Shown: positions 9,185-19,880 of the stretch, piece by piece
Position numbering within the stretch: the stretch's first letter is position 1
Layout: each line of letters starts with the position of its first letter
Source of the DNA: Halalkalibacterium halodurans
GTDB lineage: Bacteria; Bacillota; Bacilli; Bacillales; Bacillaceae_D
Length of the DNA stretch: 32,000 nt
Assembly: GCF_004376175.1 (NCBI RefSeq)
Contig: NZ_SNUY01000011.1
Coordinates: 49,941 to 81,940 of the forward strand
Reading direction: 5' to 3'
Position numbers and translations under genes: made by a program
Notes under the pieces: generated by a model
The model's input: the letters and a program-made list of their open reading frames with translations, nothing else
Told to the model about the DNA's origin: nothing
Database searches by the model: none

Positions 9185-9702
9185 GTAAGGGTGGTTTTGG
9201 TGGGTTAGAGGACTTTATCAAGAGTGTGGACAAGGCTGCGAAAAAAGGTGCTAAAGAGGAAATCAAGCTGTGGGGCGAAGCAATGGCTTTGGATTTTCTT
9301 GATGAGGTGCAGAATGAGATCATTCGCACGCAGACCGTTGATACTCGGCGCCTGCTAAACAGCTTTGGCAAAGGCGATTCTGACAACGTATGGCGTATTA
9401 GCAAGGGCGGCTTGTCGTTGGAAGTCGGAACAAACGTTGAATATGCGAGATACGTTAATGATGGCCATTTCACTGTCAATCCTAATTCCGGCAAGGATCG
9501 ACGGTGGGTTCCGGGGTATTGGAAGGGCGACAAGTTTGTCTATGACAAAAGCGCTAAAACGGGAATGCTCTTGACCATCAAGTGGGTGGATGGAACCGGT
9601 TATTGGGATAGTGCGAAGTTTATCTTTGAAAAAATGTTTGCTAAATCCCTTGAGAAAAAGCTACAGAGCTGGATGGACCGTACATTCGAAGGGAGGGCAT
9701 GA
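9181..9702 (+). CDS. HK97 gp10-family neck/tail-completion protein
   Basis: The motif region FLDEVQNEIIRTQTVDTRRLLNSF matches the gp10 V-D-T-G-x-L-x-x-S signature. Confidence 0.75.
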   Translation: MSKGGFGGLEDFIKSVDKAAKKGAKEEIKLWGEAMALDFLDEVQNEIIRTQTVDTRRLLNSFGKGDSDNVWRISKGGLSLEVGTNVEYARYVNDGHFTVNPNSGKDRRWVPGYWKGDKFVYDKSAKTGMLLTIKWVDGTGYWDSAKFIFEKMFAKSLEKKLQSWMDRTFEGRA

Positions 9703-10172
9703 CGTTGGAAGAATTGAAGCTCCACCCTGAAGTTGCAGCCATTGTTGCCTATCTGCATGAGCGACATAAAGAAGCAAAGTTGTACATTGAGGAGATGCCG
9801 CAAGATTTCGAGCTTCCTGCATTGTACATTCCTCCTACAACCTCGTTTGGGAGTAATGACACTGTTAGCACATTTGCAAAGTCTTATACTTTGAATCTGA
9901 AACTCTTTGACAAAACAAAACGGGTAGCGGTAGCGGTCGCAGAATCCCTACACGACGAGTTTCAGAGAGTGCGAATGATTTTGCCCATGCTCGACGTGGA
10001 CGGGGCTCCCACGGGCGACTATGTACGAATTAGCCGCATAGATGTTCGCCCGGGTGATCTGAATACGGCCGTCATAGTCTTTCAGTGGACGAGTCGCTAT
10101 TACTACGACCGTCCTCAATACTTGTCACTTGAGACAATAGAAATGAGAGGAGGGCTAAAAGAAAATGAGTGA
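9699..10172 (+). CDS. Putative tail terminator/neck protein (XkdJ position)
   Basis: Overlapping starts and stops; position between the gp10-like protein and the sheath. Confidence 0.5.
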   Translation: MTLEELKLHPEVAAIVAYLHERHKEAKLYIEEMPQDFELPALYIPPTTSFGSNDTVSTFAKSYTLNLKLFDKTKRVAVAVAESLHDEFQRVRMILPMLDVDGAPTGDYVRISRIDVRPGDLNTAVIVFQWTSRYYYDRPQYLSLETIEMRGGLKENE

Positions 10173-10383
10173 AGAGACCAAACCAAAAGAGAATAAACGG
10201 TCAACAAAGCCACCAGAGGCAAAATTTTATCTTCACGAGCTAAGAGAGCACAGCCGAGAACTATTCGGAGTAAAACCGGAAGTTTTCGATGGTGCTCTTT
10301 TTGATTGCAAAGAAATTCAAATTACTAAGTCAGATGCTGAACGCCGCATCCGGGCGTTTCTGAATAAGGAGGCGAAACAGTAA
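10165..10383 (+). CDS. Hypothetical small structural-module protein
   Basis: 72 aa, translationally coupled on both sides (TAATG junction with the sheath gene). Confidence 0.55.
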   Translation: MSEETKPKENKRSTKPPEAKFYLHELREHSRELFGVKPEVFDGALFDCKEIQITKSDAERRIRAFLNKEAKQ

Positions 10384-11726
10384 TGAATGGTGGAACATTT
10401 ACACCAGGAGTAGAGAAAGCAAGAGCTGGCATCTACTTTAATTTTAAGTCAACCGCATTGCAACGAGTCGGTATTGGCGACCGGGGAACAGTCGCACTCC
10501 CAATCCAAACGAGTTGGGGAGAAGCGAAAAAATTTGTTTCTATCTCGTCAGTTGAAGATTTGAATCGAAAAGTTGGGATCAACATTGATGATCCGTCGTT
10601 GTTGCTTTATCGTGAAGCGGCGAAAAAGGCGAGAACTGTCCTGCTGTATCGATTGACAGAGGGGGAGAAAGCAGCAGCAACAATTGGAGACATGTCTGTT
10701 TTAGCGAGACATGGCGGTTCTATGGGAAACAGCATTTCTATTCGCATTCAGCCTAATGTATTGGATGCGGACAAACGCGATGTTCTGACGTTTGTTGGTA
10801 CAGATGAAGTTGATCGGCAAACAGTAGGCACAATTGAAGAATTACAACCTAACCGATTTGTCGAGTTTAACGGTTCAGGAATTTTAGAGACAACGCAAGG
10901 AACCTTCTTGTTAGGCGGTGCTAACGGTACACCTAGCAACGCTGATTATACTGCATTTTTAGAGGCTGCTGAAACAGAGTACTTTGATACTATCGCTCTA
11001 CCGGTACAGGGGAATGAACAGTTGAAAGCAACGTTTACGTCTTTTGTGAAACGTATTCGTGATCGCCAAGGTATTAAGGTTCAAGGGGTGCTCGCCAATT
11101 ATCCAGGCGACTTTGAAGGGATTATCAACGTAACAGACGGTGTTATCTTGGAAGATGGTACAGAAATCACGCCAGAGCTAGCGACTGCATGGGTGGCTGG
11201 AGCTTCGGCAGCAGCAACATTTCGTCAATCGCTTACGTTTATGGAGTATCAAGGGGCAGTTGATGTTTTAGAGCGAAGAGATGAGGAAGAGGTTATCAAG
11301 CGACTAGAGAAGGGCGAGTTTCTATTTTCTTTCGATCCTCGAGATAAAACAGTTAGCGTTGAACGAGATATCAACTCCCTTACAAGCTTCACGTCCGAGA
11401 GAAATCAGTTGTTTCGCAAAAATAAGATCATTCGCGTTCTCGATGGGATTAACAACGACATAACAAATGAAATAAAACTGCTGATTAAAACACGGAAAGA
11501 AGCGGGGAATGATATTCCTGCCAACGATGACGGCATCCAGTTTATTCGGACTCTTTGCAGCGTGTATTTTACAACACTTGAGGAGAATGATGGGATTACA
11601 AACTTTGATTCAGAAACGGATATTGAAATTTCGTTGAATGAGGATCGTGATGGATTCTTGATTAATGCGGCTGTACAGCCTGTAGATGCAGCCGAAAAAT
11701 TCTACTTCAATGTGGAGGTGAGATAG
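10383..11726 (+). CDS. Tail sheath protein (XkdK type)
   Basis: 447 aa. The N-terminus GGTFTPGVEKARAGIYFNFKS is typical of Firmicute sheath proteins. Followed by the tube gene. Confidence 0.9.
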   Translation: MNGGTFTPGVEKARAGIYFNFKSTALQRVGIGDRGTVALPIQTSWGEAKKFVSISSVEDLNRKVGINIDDPSLLLYREAAKKARTVLLYRLTEGEKAAATIGDMSVLARHGGSMGNSISIRIQPNVLDADKRDVLTFVGTDEVDRQTVGTIEELQPNRFVEFNGSGILETTQGTFLLGGANGTPSNADYTAFLEAAETEYFDTIALPVQGNEQLKATFTSFVKRIRDRQGIKVQGVLANYPGDFEGIINVTDGVILEDGTEITPELATAWVAGASAAATFRQSLTFMEYQGAVDVLERRDEEEVIKRLEKGEFLFSFDPRDKTVSVERDINSLTSFTSERNQLFRKNKIIRVLDGINNDITNEIKLLIKTRKEAGNDIPANDDGIQFIRTLCSVYFTTLEENDGITNFDSETDIEISLNEDRDGFLINAAVQPVDAAEKFYFNVEVR

Positions 11727-11727
11727 T

Positions 11728-12174
11728 ATGAGTTTTCACGCTAAAAATACAATATCAGGTAAAGAGGGGCGTCTTTTTCTTGACGGTGAGGAAATGGCGT
11801 ACATTAAGTCATTAGAAGCAAACATAGAAAAACAGAAATCTGAGGTTAACATTATGGGGCGTCGAATGACGGGCCATAAAACGACAGGTGCTAGCGGTAC
11901 CGGGACGGCCACGTTTTACAAAGTGACATCGCGTTTCGCACGCATCATGTTAAATTACGTGAAAAAAGGGGAAGATCCTTATTTCACTCTACAGGCTGTG
12001 CTCGATGACAAATCGTCTGGACGTGGTACCGAGCGTGTCACGCTGTTTGATGTCAATTTTGACAGCGCGAAAATTGCCGGTTTAGATGTGGATTCAGAAG
12101 CGCTTGAAGAAGAAGTACCGTTCACGTTTGAAGACTTTGATATTCCAGAGTCGTTGTCAGATTCATTTTCTTAA
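11728..12174 (+). CDS. Tail tube protein (XkdM type)
   Basis: 148 aa, directly after the sheath. Contains an XkdM-like GKEGRLFLDGEEMAYIKSLEA segment. Confidence 0.85.
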   Translation: MSFHAKNTISGKEGRLFLDGEEMAYIKSLEANIEKQKSEVNIMGRRMTGHKTTGASGTGTATFYKVTSRFARIMLNYVKKGEDPYFTLQAVLDDKSSGRGTERVTLFDVNFDSAKIAGLDVDSEALEEEVPFTFEDFDIPESLSDSFS

Positions 12175-12181
12175 TACACAT

Positions 12182-12210
12182 GGGGCGCAGCTAGCGCCCT
12201 TTCTATATTT
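12182..12210 (+). terminator. Partial terminator/attenuator after the tube gene
   Basis: GGGCGC 12183-12188 pairs with GCGCCC 12194-12199 (5-nt loop), followed by TTTCTATATTTCT. Confidence 0.55.
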
Positions 12211-12234
12211 CTAAATTAAGAGGAGCGATAATCA

Positions 12235-12714
12235 ATGAGCGAAAAAGAAAAAAATGAACAAATCGAAGTACAAGATGTACCAGTAGAAATGCAGGATATG
12301 TCTATTTTTTTGCCTGACAATATAGAAGAGGCTAAGGAAGTTAAAGAAGTGATTTCATCACGCTTTAAAGATAAAAAGGGAAATCCAGTTCCTTTTATTT
12401 TTAAAGCGATCACAACAGAGCGCATTAATGAACTGGAAAAAGAATGCACTCGATTCGAGAAAGTACGAGGACAAGGGAAAGTCAAAAAATTTGACTCTAC
12501 GCGATTTGTTGAACGGATAGCAGTAGAAACAACTGTATATCCAGACTTCAAAAGCGGTGAATTGCGACGTGTATATAAAACAGAAGATCCTATTGAAGTA
12601 GCGAAAAAAGTACTGTCAATCGGTGGGGAATTTCAGCGCTGGATTGAATTAACGCAAGAAGTCAATGGATTTGGCGATGATGAGGAAGTCCTTGAAGAAA
12701 TTGCAAAAAACTAA
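12235..12714 (+). CDS. Tail assembly chaperone (XkdN type), zero-frame product
   Basis: Acidic 159-aa protein between the tube and tape measure genes. Ends at a slippery heptamer. Confidence 0.8.
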   Translation: MSEKEKNEQIEVQDVPVEMQDMSIFLPDNIEEAKEVKEVISSRFKDKKGNPVPFIFKAITTERINELEKECTRFEKVRGQGKVKKFDSTRFVERIAVETTVYPDFKSGELRRVYKTEDPIEVAKKVLSIGGEFQRWIELTQEVNGFGDDEEVLEEIAKN

Positions 12715-12905
12715 TTAAAGGCGGGAACAAACAGGCCGCCTATCTGCATTACCTTTTACACAAACGAAATATTCCACCAAGCGAATTGAAAGAATTGTTA
12801 ATGGGACCTAAGGAATGGAGAATTTTTATTTTTGCATCTGTTGGACTGCAAATAGAGGAAGAAATAAAAGAAAGAGAAGAGATTGAAAGAAAAAAACATA
12901 AATAG
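12235..12905 (+). CDS. Frameshift-extended tail chaperone (G/GT-like; extension corresponds to the XkzB position)
   Basis: My hand translation of the -1 frame from 12711 is [64 protein letters not shown]. It stops exactly at the tape-measure start region. Confidence 0.6.
12705..12711 (+). other. Candidate -1 programmed ribosomal frameshift heptamer A_AAA_AAC
   Basis: The zero-frame reading is GCA AAA AAC TAA. The -1 frame is open from here to TAG 12903-12905. Confidence 0.65.
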
Positions 12906-12925
12906 TGAGAAGGGAGGGGGAAAAG

Positions 12926-15900
12926 TTGGCAAAATTCACAGCAAAATTCGATTTAGAAGATCTAATATCAAAAAAACTTAGACGTATGTTGAAAAGGCTA
13001 GAGGATACCGATAGACTTGCTAAACGCTTAGGTTTAATTGAGATGAAAGCAAAAGATGGTGTGTCCCCTACGCTTCGGCGTGTCGAAAAGCGCTTAACTA
13101 ATCGAAACTTTCAAAAGCATGAAACACTGCTTCTTGCGGATGCTAAACGGTTTGAAAAAACGGTGAAATCGACAGGGATTAAGCTTAAGAGACATCTTCC
13201 AGAATCAATGGAGATATCGTTCCTAGCAGATGATCGAGTGACAATTCGGGCAAAGCGCATTCAAGATAATATTCGTCGCAAGCTAGGGAAAGGTCATGAA
13301 TATACGATTCAGGCTAATGATAAAGCGACACCTGTAATGCATCGAATTGCTAACTATGCAAAAAGGCAACTATCAAAAGGTTATAATTTCTCTGTCAGAG
13401 CCATCGACATTGCATCCAAAACAGTTGGACGAATTGCTTCATACGCTGGGACGGCAATCCCAAAGTATAGAGATTTCACAATCCGTGCTATTGATACTGC
13501 TTCCGGGGTGATAGGCTCAGTAAAAAGAGCGTTGTTCTCTATACCAACTTTAATTACTGTCACCCTTGCCATGGTGGGGGTCAATAAACTGACGGACTCC
13601 ACAATTGGTGCTGCTATGACCTTTGAACAATATCGAGTTTCCATGGAGCACTGGCTAGGAGGGGACAAAAAAGCAGCTGATGAATTAATCAAATGGATGG
13701 GCAAATTCGCAGACAGTACTCCTTTTAGCTCCCCTGATTTGTTCCCGGCGTTAGTTGAGGGAGTCAGTTTGTCTGGAGGCGATATTAATGGCGCACAGCG
13801 TTATTTAAAGATTGCTGCTGACATGGCGGCAATGACACCGGGACGGACTGTGGAGGAAGCAATGATGGCTTTAAGTTCTGCTAAAATGGGAAATTTTGAA
13901 ATGATGAAAGGATTCAGAGTGAATGTGACACAAGAAGATTTTAAAGCCATGGGTGGATGGGACGGCTTTACTGAAATGGTTGAAGGAAAATTCTTAGATG
14001 GTGCTGAAAAGTTGTCCGAAACTGCCCATGGTGTCCTTTCAACCCTTCAAGGTTATCGCGCCTCTTTGCTACGAACCTTTGGAGATGGATTACTTGGTCC
14101 TATGAAACCTAGACTTGACGCAATTAATGAATGGTTGGATGAGAACCAAGAGACATGGGAACGGTGGAAGGATGTTGTTTGGCGTCACGGAGAAGAGGCC
14201 TCTGAGTGGATTTTTTCTCACTTGGAAAAAGGTTTTAATTGGGTAAGATCAAGATACCTAGACAATGAAGATTTTATGAGTTTGGATTTTAAAGGAAAAA
14301 TAAAGTTTATCATGGATGATTTGGGTGCATGGTGGGATCGCACCGGGCGCCCTTGGCTAACTGACGTAGCTAAGGATGTAGGAAGCGCTATATTTGATGG
14401 AATTGTTTGGGGTGTAAAAGAAGGGATAAAAAGCATCGGTAGCATGTGGGTGGAGGCTTTCAAAAATCCTTCTACCGATAATTTCGCAGGCGCGGGGATT
14501 TCCACTCTGATTGCAACGTCGCTTGCTTCGTTGGTCTTAGCTCCATTGATTAAAGGTTTTGGAACTCTTTATAAAGTAGGTAAATGGATCTTTGATCGTG
14601 GCAAACAGTTAGGGGGATTATTTGGGGGTAAAAGAGGAGGTGGCCCCAAAGGAGGCTCAGCTGGTGGCCGAGGAGGAAATAGCTCACCAGCAGGATCACC
14701 ACGGACTGGACGCTCACCTTTCATTCCAGGAGGTAAATTCCCGAGTTGGCTCAAAAAAGCAGGACGTAGGGTGCCATATCTAGGTCCTCTCTTAGCGGGG
14801 AGCGCTTTGATAGGAGGAGACCGAGATCGCCTTGGCGCAAATCTTGGGGGATTGCTCGGAGGCATAGGTGGAGGAGCTGCAGCTGGTGCTGCAGTCGGTA
14901 GTATTTTTCCGGGTGTAGGCACAACCATAGGCGGTATCGTCGGGGGTATCGCTGGTGCATTCGGTGGCGAAAAGATCGGCGAATGGATACAGAACAGCGG
15001 GATACTAGAAAAAATCTCGGATACCCTTTTCAACGGAGAATGGTGGCGCGAGAAATGGAATAGCGTCACTGACTACGCTAAAAACCTATATGAAGGCTCT
15101 TGGCTACAAGACACTATAACCGCTATCGACGATACTCTCTTTAGCGGTGATTGGTGGAGTCAAAAATGGGATGGTGTTACGGACTTTGTTGATAACAAAC
15201 TATTAAACGCTAGTTGGTGGGCTGAACAAGCCGGCTATATGTACGGTTATCTTGAATCGACCGTGTTTAGCGGAGAATGGTGGAGTCAGAAGTGGACCGA
15301 TGCCGGTGAGTGGGCTAGTAACCTATATGAAGGTTCATGGCTTGAAAAAACAGTGACATCTATCAACGAAACCATTTTCAACAAAGAGTGGTGGGGCCAG
15401 AAATGGGAGGACACCAAAGCATGGGCGCAAGAAAAATGGGATCAAGCCGTCGCAGTATGGGACTCAGTAACCCAGAAAATTGACGAAACGATATTTAACA
15501 AGGAATGGTGGAGCCAAAAATGGACAGATGCCAAAGCATGGGCTCAGCAAAAATGGGATGAAGCTCAGGCTGTATGGGAGTCCGTAACAACAAGAATTGA
15601 TGAGACCATCTTTAACAAAGAATGGTGGGGTCAAAAATGGGACGATACCAAGGCGTGGGCTCAGCAAAAATGGGATGAAGCTCAGGCTGTATGGGAGTCC
15701 GTAACAACAAGAATTGATGAGATCATTTTTAACAAAGAGTGGTGGAAAGGAAAATGGAATGATGTCATTGGTTGGGGAAGGAAGCAGCTCGAAGGTCTCA
15801 CTGATTGGTGGGATGGTGTAAAAAGTAGCTTCAACAGTGGTCGTCAAAGCGGGCAGACAGCTGCAAGAGGAAGCGGTAGCGGTGTTGCTCAACGAGGATC

Positions 15901-17527
15901 AGAAACCCCATATGCCAATGGCGGCTTTATCAACCGTCCACACCTTGGATTGGTCGGTGAGGCAGGACCAGAGGTTATCATTCCACTTTCATCGAATCGC
16001 CGAGGCCGCGCTCTCGATCTCTATCAAAAAGCAGGTGCAGCCCTCGGAGTTCGACCGTATGCTAATGGCGGCTTAGTTGGTGGCTCTGTAAAAATGCCTA
16101 AATCCCAACCGGTTCAAGCATCTGTAAGTGTTGGATCAGTATATATGCAAGGTGCAACAAAAGAAGCAAAGCAGTATGGAGAATCAATCACAGCTGCAGT
16201 TGCGTCGGGTATCAATGACACGGTCGTACCTATCAACAATTGGAGAAAGAACAACATTGAAACTCCAATGCAAGGTGTGGTCAAAGAAGCTGTCGGATTT
16301 GGCTCTAGTACGGTCAGGTCGTTTTCAACTGGTCAAAATGCAACACCGACCAAAACGGATGCTTATCTAGACAGACAGGTCCGATCTCCATTCCGCGTTA
16401 TCCAAGGCGGAGCGTCTCAATGGGGTTCTGGCACAGTCACAGGATTCCGTTCTGGTCAAGATTCTACCTCTACAGGAACAAGACCTTATCTTGTGTCCAA
16501 TGTCCATACGCCTTTCGATGAAACGAAAGGCAAAGGAAGAGGATGGGGCGCAGGCACCGCGAGTGAATTTGTCACTGGAATGCGTTCTCAATCTAGTCAA
16601 GTGACGGAAGCTGCAAAATACTTGGCCAAACAAGTTGAGAAGACGTTTAAAGAAGAGCTTGGTATTCACTCCCCTTCACGCGTCATGATGGAACTTGGTC
16701 GATTTGCTTCGCTAGGTATCGTAAAAGGTCTCGGAGCTGTTGACATCAAGAAATTTGCTGAGAAACAGGCAGGCTCTCTTGCAGCAGCATTCTCAGGATT
16801 AGGAGCTGTTGGTGGGAACATATCACAGTGGATTCAAGCGGCCATGATGATCACCGGTGTCCCATCTTCGTGGTTAGGACCATTAACCATAATTGCACAA
16901 AAAGAGTCGGGCGGAAACCCTAGAGCCATAAACTTGTGGGATATCAACGCCAAGCGTGGTATTCCGAGTAAGGGGTTAATGCAGACCATTGATCCTACCT
17001 TCAACGCCTACAAAATGCCGGGGATGAACGATATCTACAACCCGATTCACAATGCTGTTGCCGCGATCAGGTATATTGAATCGCGTTATGGCAATGTGTT
17101 TAATGTACCTGGTATTCGCAGCATGGCCCGAGGTGGAGCATATCGCGGCTATGCTAACGGCGGACTGATCACCAAGGATCAAATCGCTCGTGTAGGTGAA
17201 GGGAACAAGCGTGAGTGGATTATTCCAGCTGAGCGCGGCATCCGTGGCAGATACTTGCTCCATCAAGCGGCTGCCGATCTTGGCATGTCGGTTGTGGATC
17301 AAGGAGCCGGCGAGACTGTAGACACTGATACGGTTCAGGTTGCTACAAGACCGACAACTAACAGCAAAGTGGTGGTTGCGTCCGAACCGAGCGTGCAACT
17401 GATCATTCAAGGGGATCAACATTTTTATGATGACACCGATAAAGAGGCATGGTTTAGAGAAATGGAACAACGCTTAACAAATGCAATACGTGAAGCACGT
17501 CAGAATGGCGCAAGTGAGGTGTATTAG
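12926..17527 (+). CDS. Tail tape measure protein with a C-terminal lytic transglycosylase (SLT) domain
   Basis: Start set at TTG 12926, 5 nt after GGGAGGGGG; the track's GTG at 12905 lies upstream of that RBS. Contains a Gly-rich segment, Trp-rich repeats, an LGIHSPSRV motif, the SLT motif [15 protein letters not shown]...GLMQ, and three ANGG...GE-G-E-IIP-type motifs. Confidence 0.95.
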   Translation: MAKFTAKFDLEDLISKKLRRMLKRLEDTDRLAKRLGLIEMKAKDGVSPTLRRVEKRLTNRNFQKHETLLLADAKRFEKTVKSTGIKLKRHLPESMEISFLADDRVTIRAKRIQDNIRRKLGKGHEYTIQANDKATPVMHRIANYAKRQLSKGYNFSVRAIDIASKTVGRIASYAGTAIPKYRDFTIRAIDTASGVIGSVKRALFSIPTLITVTLAMVGVNKLTDSTIGAAMTFEQYRVSMEHWLGGDKKAADELIKWMGKFADSTPFSSPDLFPALVEGVSLSGGDINGAQRYLKIAADMAAMTPGRTVEEAMMALSSAKMGNFEMMKGFRVNVTQEDFKAMGGWDGFTEMVEGKFLDGAEKLSETAHGVLSTLQGYRASLLRTFGDGLLGPMKPRLDAINEWLDENQETWERWKDVVWRHGEEASEWIFSHLEKGFNWVRSRYLDNEDFMSLDFKGKIKFIMDDLGAWWDRTGRPWLTDVAKDVGSAIFDGIVWGVKEGIKSIGSMWVEAFKNPSTDNFAGAGISTLIATSLASLVLAPLIKGFGTLYKVGKWIFDRGKQLGGLFGGKRGGGPKGGSAGGRGGNSSPAGSPRTGRSPFIPGGKFPSWLKKAGRRVPYLGPLLAGSALIGGDRDRLGANLGGLLGGIGGGAAAGAAVGSIFPGVGTTIGGIVGGIAGAFGGEKIGEWIQNSGILEKISDTLFNGEWWREKWNSVTDYAKNLYEGSWLQDTITAIDDTLFSGDWWSQKWDGVTDFVDNKLLNASWWAEQAGYMYGYLESTVFSGEWWSQKWTDAGEWASNLYEGSWLEKTVTSINETIFNKEWWGQKWEDTKAWAQEKWDQAVAVWDSVTQKIDETIFNKEWWSQKWTDAKAWAQQKWDEAQAVWESVTTRIDETIFNKEWWGQKWDDTKAWAQQKWDEAQAVWESVTTRIDEIIFNKEWWKGKWNDVIGWGRKQLEGLTDWWDGVKSSFNSGRQSGQTAARGSGSGVAQRGSETPYANGGFINRPHLGLVGEAGPEVIIPLSSNRRGRALDLYQKAGAALGVRPYANGGLVGGSVKMPKSQPVQASVSVGSVYMQGATKEAKQYGESITAAVASGINDTVVPINNWRKNNIETPMQGVVKEAVGFGSSTVRSFSTGQNATPTKTDAYLDRQVRSPFRVIQGGASQWGSGTVTGFRSGQDSTSTGTRPYLVSNVHTPFDETKGKGRGWGAGTASEFVTGMRSQSSQVTEAAKYLAKQVEKTFKEELGIHSPSRVMMELGRFASLGIVKGLGAVDIKKFAEKQAGSLAAAFSGLGAVGGNISQWIQAAMMITGVPSSWLGPLTIIAQKESGGNPRAINLWDINAKRGIPSKGLMQTIDPTFNAYKMPGMNDIYNPIHNAVAAIRYIESRYGNVFNVPGIRSMARGGAYRGYANGGLITKDQIARVGEGNKREWIIPAERGIRGRYLLHQAAADLGMSVVDQGAGETVDTDTVQVATRPTTNSKVVVASEPSVQLIIQGDQHFYDDTDKEAWFREMEQRLTNAIREARQNGASEVY
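15362..15770 (+). repeat. 117-nt (39-codon) tandem repeat, about 3.5 units, inside the tape measure gene
   Basis: Units start at 15362, 15479, 15596 and 15713. Each encodes [12 protein letters not shown]-x-Q-K-W... The stretch gctcagcaaaaatgggatgaagctcaggctgtatgggagtccgtaacaacaagaattgatgag recurs identically at 15542 and 15659. Confidence 0.9.
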
Positions 17528-18187
17528 ATGCCGAAAAGTGTCTATGAATTTTGGTTGTCTCAGGGTAAACAAAAACTAAGGCTCCCCGTACTACCGGAGA
17601 AAATTGAAATTGGCGGAGCCATGCAAAATGAATCCGTCAAGGTTAGCGGTCTTGGCGAGCTAATATTTATAGAGGAACCGGGCGCAAGGGAAATCTCCTT
17701 TGCGTCCTTTTTCCCGAGAAGACATACTCCACTTTGTGAATATAGGTCTATTCCTAAGCCCGAAACAGCCATAGCTACACTCATGAAATGGCGTAACAAA
17801 AAGCAACCGGTCAGATTAATCGTGACTGGTACAAAAATTAATTTCCTGTGTAGCCTTGAGGAGTTTACGTACAGTGAGGGAGCAAGCGGTGTTGGAGATC
17901 GTGACTATACTATGCAACTCAAAGAGTATAAAACAGCGTCACCGCGAAAAATCAAAGTGAAAAAGCCCGTACAGAAAAAGCGCCCTTCTAAGCCAGCACC
18001 GCGTACATGGAAAGTAAAAAAGGGAGATACGCTTTGGGCCATTGCCGGAAAGGTGTACGGTAAAAATACGGACTGGCGTAAGATCTGGAATGCAAACAAA
18101 AGCATGCTGATCAAGAGAGATAAGCGAAACAATCGACAACCGGGTCACTGGATCTATCCAGGCCAAGTCCTGAAAATACCAGCGTGA
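17528..18187 (+). CDS. LysM-domain tail/baseplate protein (XkdP type)
   Basis: C-terminal LysM: [31 protein letters not shown]...PGQVLKIP. Confidence 0.9.
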   Translation: MPKSVYEFWLSQGKQKLRLPVLPEKIEIGGAMQNESVKVSGLGELIFIEEPGAREISFASFFPRRHTPLCEYRSIPKPETAIATLMKWRNKKQPVRLIVTGTKINFLCSLEEFTYSEGASGVGDRDYTMQLKEYKTASPRKIKVKKPVQKKRPSKPAPRTWKVKKGDTLWAIAGKVYGKNTDWRKIWNANKSMLIKRDKRNNRQPGHWIYPGQVLKIPA

Positions 18188-18198
18188 GGTGATGAGGC

Positions 18199-19176
18199 AT
18201 GATAGAGATTTGGTGTGTTAAACCCACCGAGCGTCTGGAACTGGTTGTTGAAGGACAAGTGACATGGGAAGGGAAGAGATATCAAGCTCCAAGGAAACTC
18301 CAAGCCACCATTGTCACTAAGCAAGGGAATCAACGCTATTACACCCTGGAAGAGGGCGACACGGTTCTTTTTAAGTGGAAGGGCAAGGAGTTGTTCCGTG
18401 GAACGGTATTTAGTCGAATCCCTCGAGACAACACGCTCTTTTTTGAAGCATATGACATGTTGACCTATCTCGTAAGAAATAAGGATGTTTATGCTTTTAG
18501 CAATCAACGAGCGGATCAGATTGTACGTCGTATATGCAATGATTTTCAGATCCCAACGACCACCATTGTCAATACAGGAGTAACCTTTAAATCTCTTTTA
18601 GTGACTCAGGAGACGACGTTATACGACATTATTCTTAAAGCGCTCAAACGCACTCGTGCTAACAATGGCCGTAATTATCAACTTTACTCAACAAAGGGAA
18701 AGCTGGGATTACGAGCTTGGCCAGATCCGAGTGAGGTTTATGTCATAGAGAAAGGCGTAAACCTTATTTCGTATGAATACAGCACGAGCATCGAAGAAAC
18801 GGCCACTCGAGTAAAAATGAAAATGCAGAAAAACGACAAGACCTATACTGCAACAGCTCGGGACAATGACGGTGCAAGGAAATTCGGGGTGCTGCAATAT
18901 ACGGAAACGGTAACGGACGACCTTAACCAAGCCCAGCTGAAACGCAGGGCTGATAACAAGCAAAAAGAACTCAAGGGTGTACAGCGCAAGTTAAACGGTG
19001 TCCAAGCGATTGGGATTCCAGATGTAACAAGTGGCTTGCCAGTGCGGGTAATCATTAAGGACGTGGGTATCAATCGTAACTATTGGGTGGACTCTGACTC
19101 CCACACTTTTCAAGGTAATACTCACAAAATGACGCTTGACTTAGTTCGTAACAATAGGATTCCGGAGGTGTCATAA
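18199..19176 (+). CDS. Baseplate hub / gpD-like protein (XkdQ type)
   Basis: 325 aa; order LysM-Q-R-S-T-U as in PBSX. Confidence 0.8.
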   Translation: MIEIWCVKPTERLELVVEGQVTWEGKRYQAPRKLQATIVTKQGNQRYYTLEEGDTVLFKWKGKELFRGTVFSRIPRDNTLFFEAYDMLTYLVRNKDVYAFSNQRADQIVRRICNDFQIPTTTIVNTGVTFKSLLVTQETTLYDIILKALKRTRANNGRNYQLYSTKGKLGLRAWPDPSEVYVIEKGVNLISYEYSTSIEETATRVKMKMQKNDKTYTATARDNDGARKFGVLQYTETVTDDLNQAQLKRRADNKQKELKGVQRKLNGVQAIGIPDVTSGLPVRVIIKDVGINRNYWVDSDSHTFQGNTHKMTLDLVRNNRIPEVS

Positions 19177-19442
19177 TGGGACTTGCGGAGGAATTACGTC
19201 TACTCGCTGCACAAACTCAGGAGGCGATGCAGCCGGTACAACTGATTGAGGGATCGATTCGATCGATTAGTCCTCTTGTCATCCGACTGGCGTCCAACAG
19301 CAAACTGGACATACCAGGTGAGCTTTTTACAATTCCCAAGCGCTTGCGACAAAGTGGCGATGATCCCTTACAAGTTGGCGATAACGTGATGGCTGCATCC
19401 TTTACGGGAGGGCAGTCTTTTTACATTATGGATAAAATCTAG
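19176..19442 (+). CDS. Small baseplate protein (XkdR type)
   Basis: 88 aa, TAATG-coupled to the hub gene. Confidence 0.7.
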   Translation: MGLAEELRLLAAQTQEAMQPVQLIEGSIRSISPLVIRLASNSKLDIPGELFTIPKRLRQSGDDPLQVGDNVMAASFTGGQSFYIMDKI

Positions 19443-19445
19443 GGG

Positions 19446-19880
19446 GTGATGATGTTGCTATCACCAGAAGTGCAATTTGAAGAAGAAGAGGACAATCTGG
19501 ATGAAGAGATAGAGACCTCTAGCACATGGTTGATTGATTTCGAGAGTGGCCGAATCCTAAATCAACGTGTTGACGGTCTGAGAGCAATTGAACAGTTTGC
19601 TCATATAGCCTTGAGGACAGAACGGTACGCTTATCCTATTTATTCTCATGATGTGGGGAGCGAGCTGCAGGAGCTTCTGTCGGATCCAGAAACAACTGAT
19701 GCTTACAAGGAAATGGAGATTCCAAGGTTGCTCACCGAAGCCCTTGAATATGACGATCGAATTGAAGCGGTAACTGACATTGAAATAGAAAAACAAGGAG
19801 ACGCCTTTCATGTTTCATTTGTGATTGAGTCAGAGGAGGGGACTCTTGAAATGGAGGAGATGTTAAATGCCGCAACTTAG
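19446..19880 (+). CDS. Baseplate wedge gp25/gpW-like protein (XkdS type)
   Basis: About 141-144 aa; the exact start among GTG/ATG/ATG at 19446-19454 is uncertain. Position supports the call. Confidence 0.7.
   Translation: MMMLLSPEVQFEEEEDNLDEEIETSSTWLIDFESGRILNQRVDGLRAIEQFAHIALRTERYAYPIYSHDVGSELQELLSDPETTDAYKEMEIPRLLTEALEYDDRIEAVTDIEIEKQGDAFHVSFVIESEEGTLEMEEMLNAAT

Noticed and set aside
12905-12925. GTG 12905 as the tape-measure start (track coordinate)
   Set aside because: The strong RBS GGGAGGGGG (12912-12920) lies downstream of it and serves the in-frame TTG 12926. GTG 12905 overlaps the stop of the frameshift extension.
14569-15069. A 166-aa Pro/Gly-rich minus-strand ORF, and similar antisense ORFs inside the tape measure gene (13381-13704, 14218-14505, 15464-15892, 16367-16669, 16976-17470)
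   Set aside because: These are mirror images of the Gly-rich and repeat-rich coding strand. They have no RBS and lie entirely within a well-supported 1.5-kaa gene.
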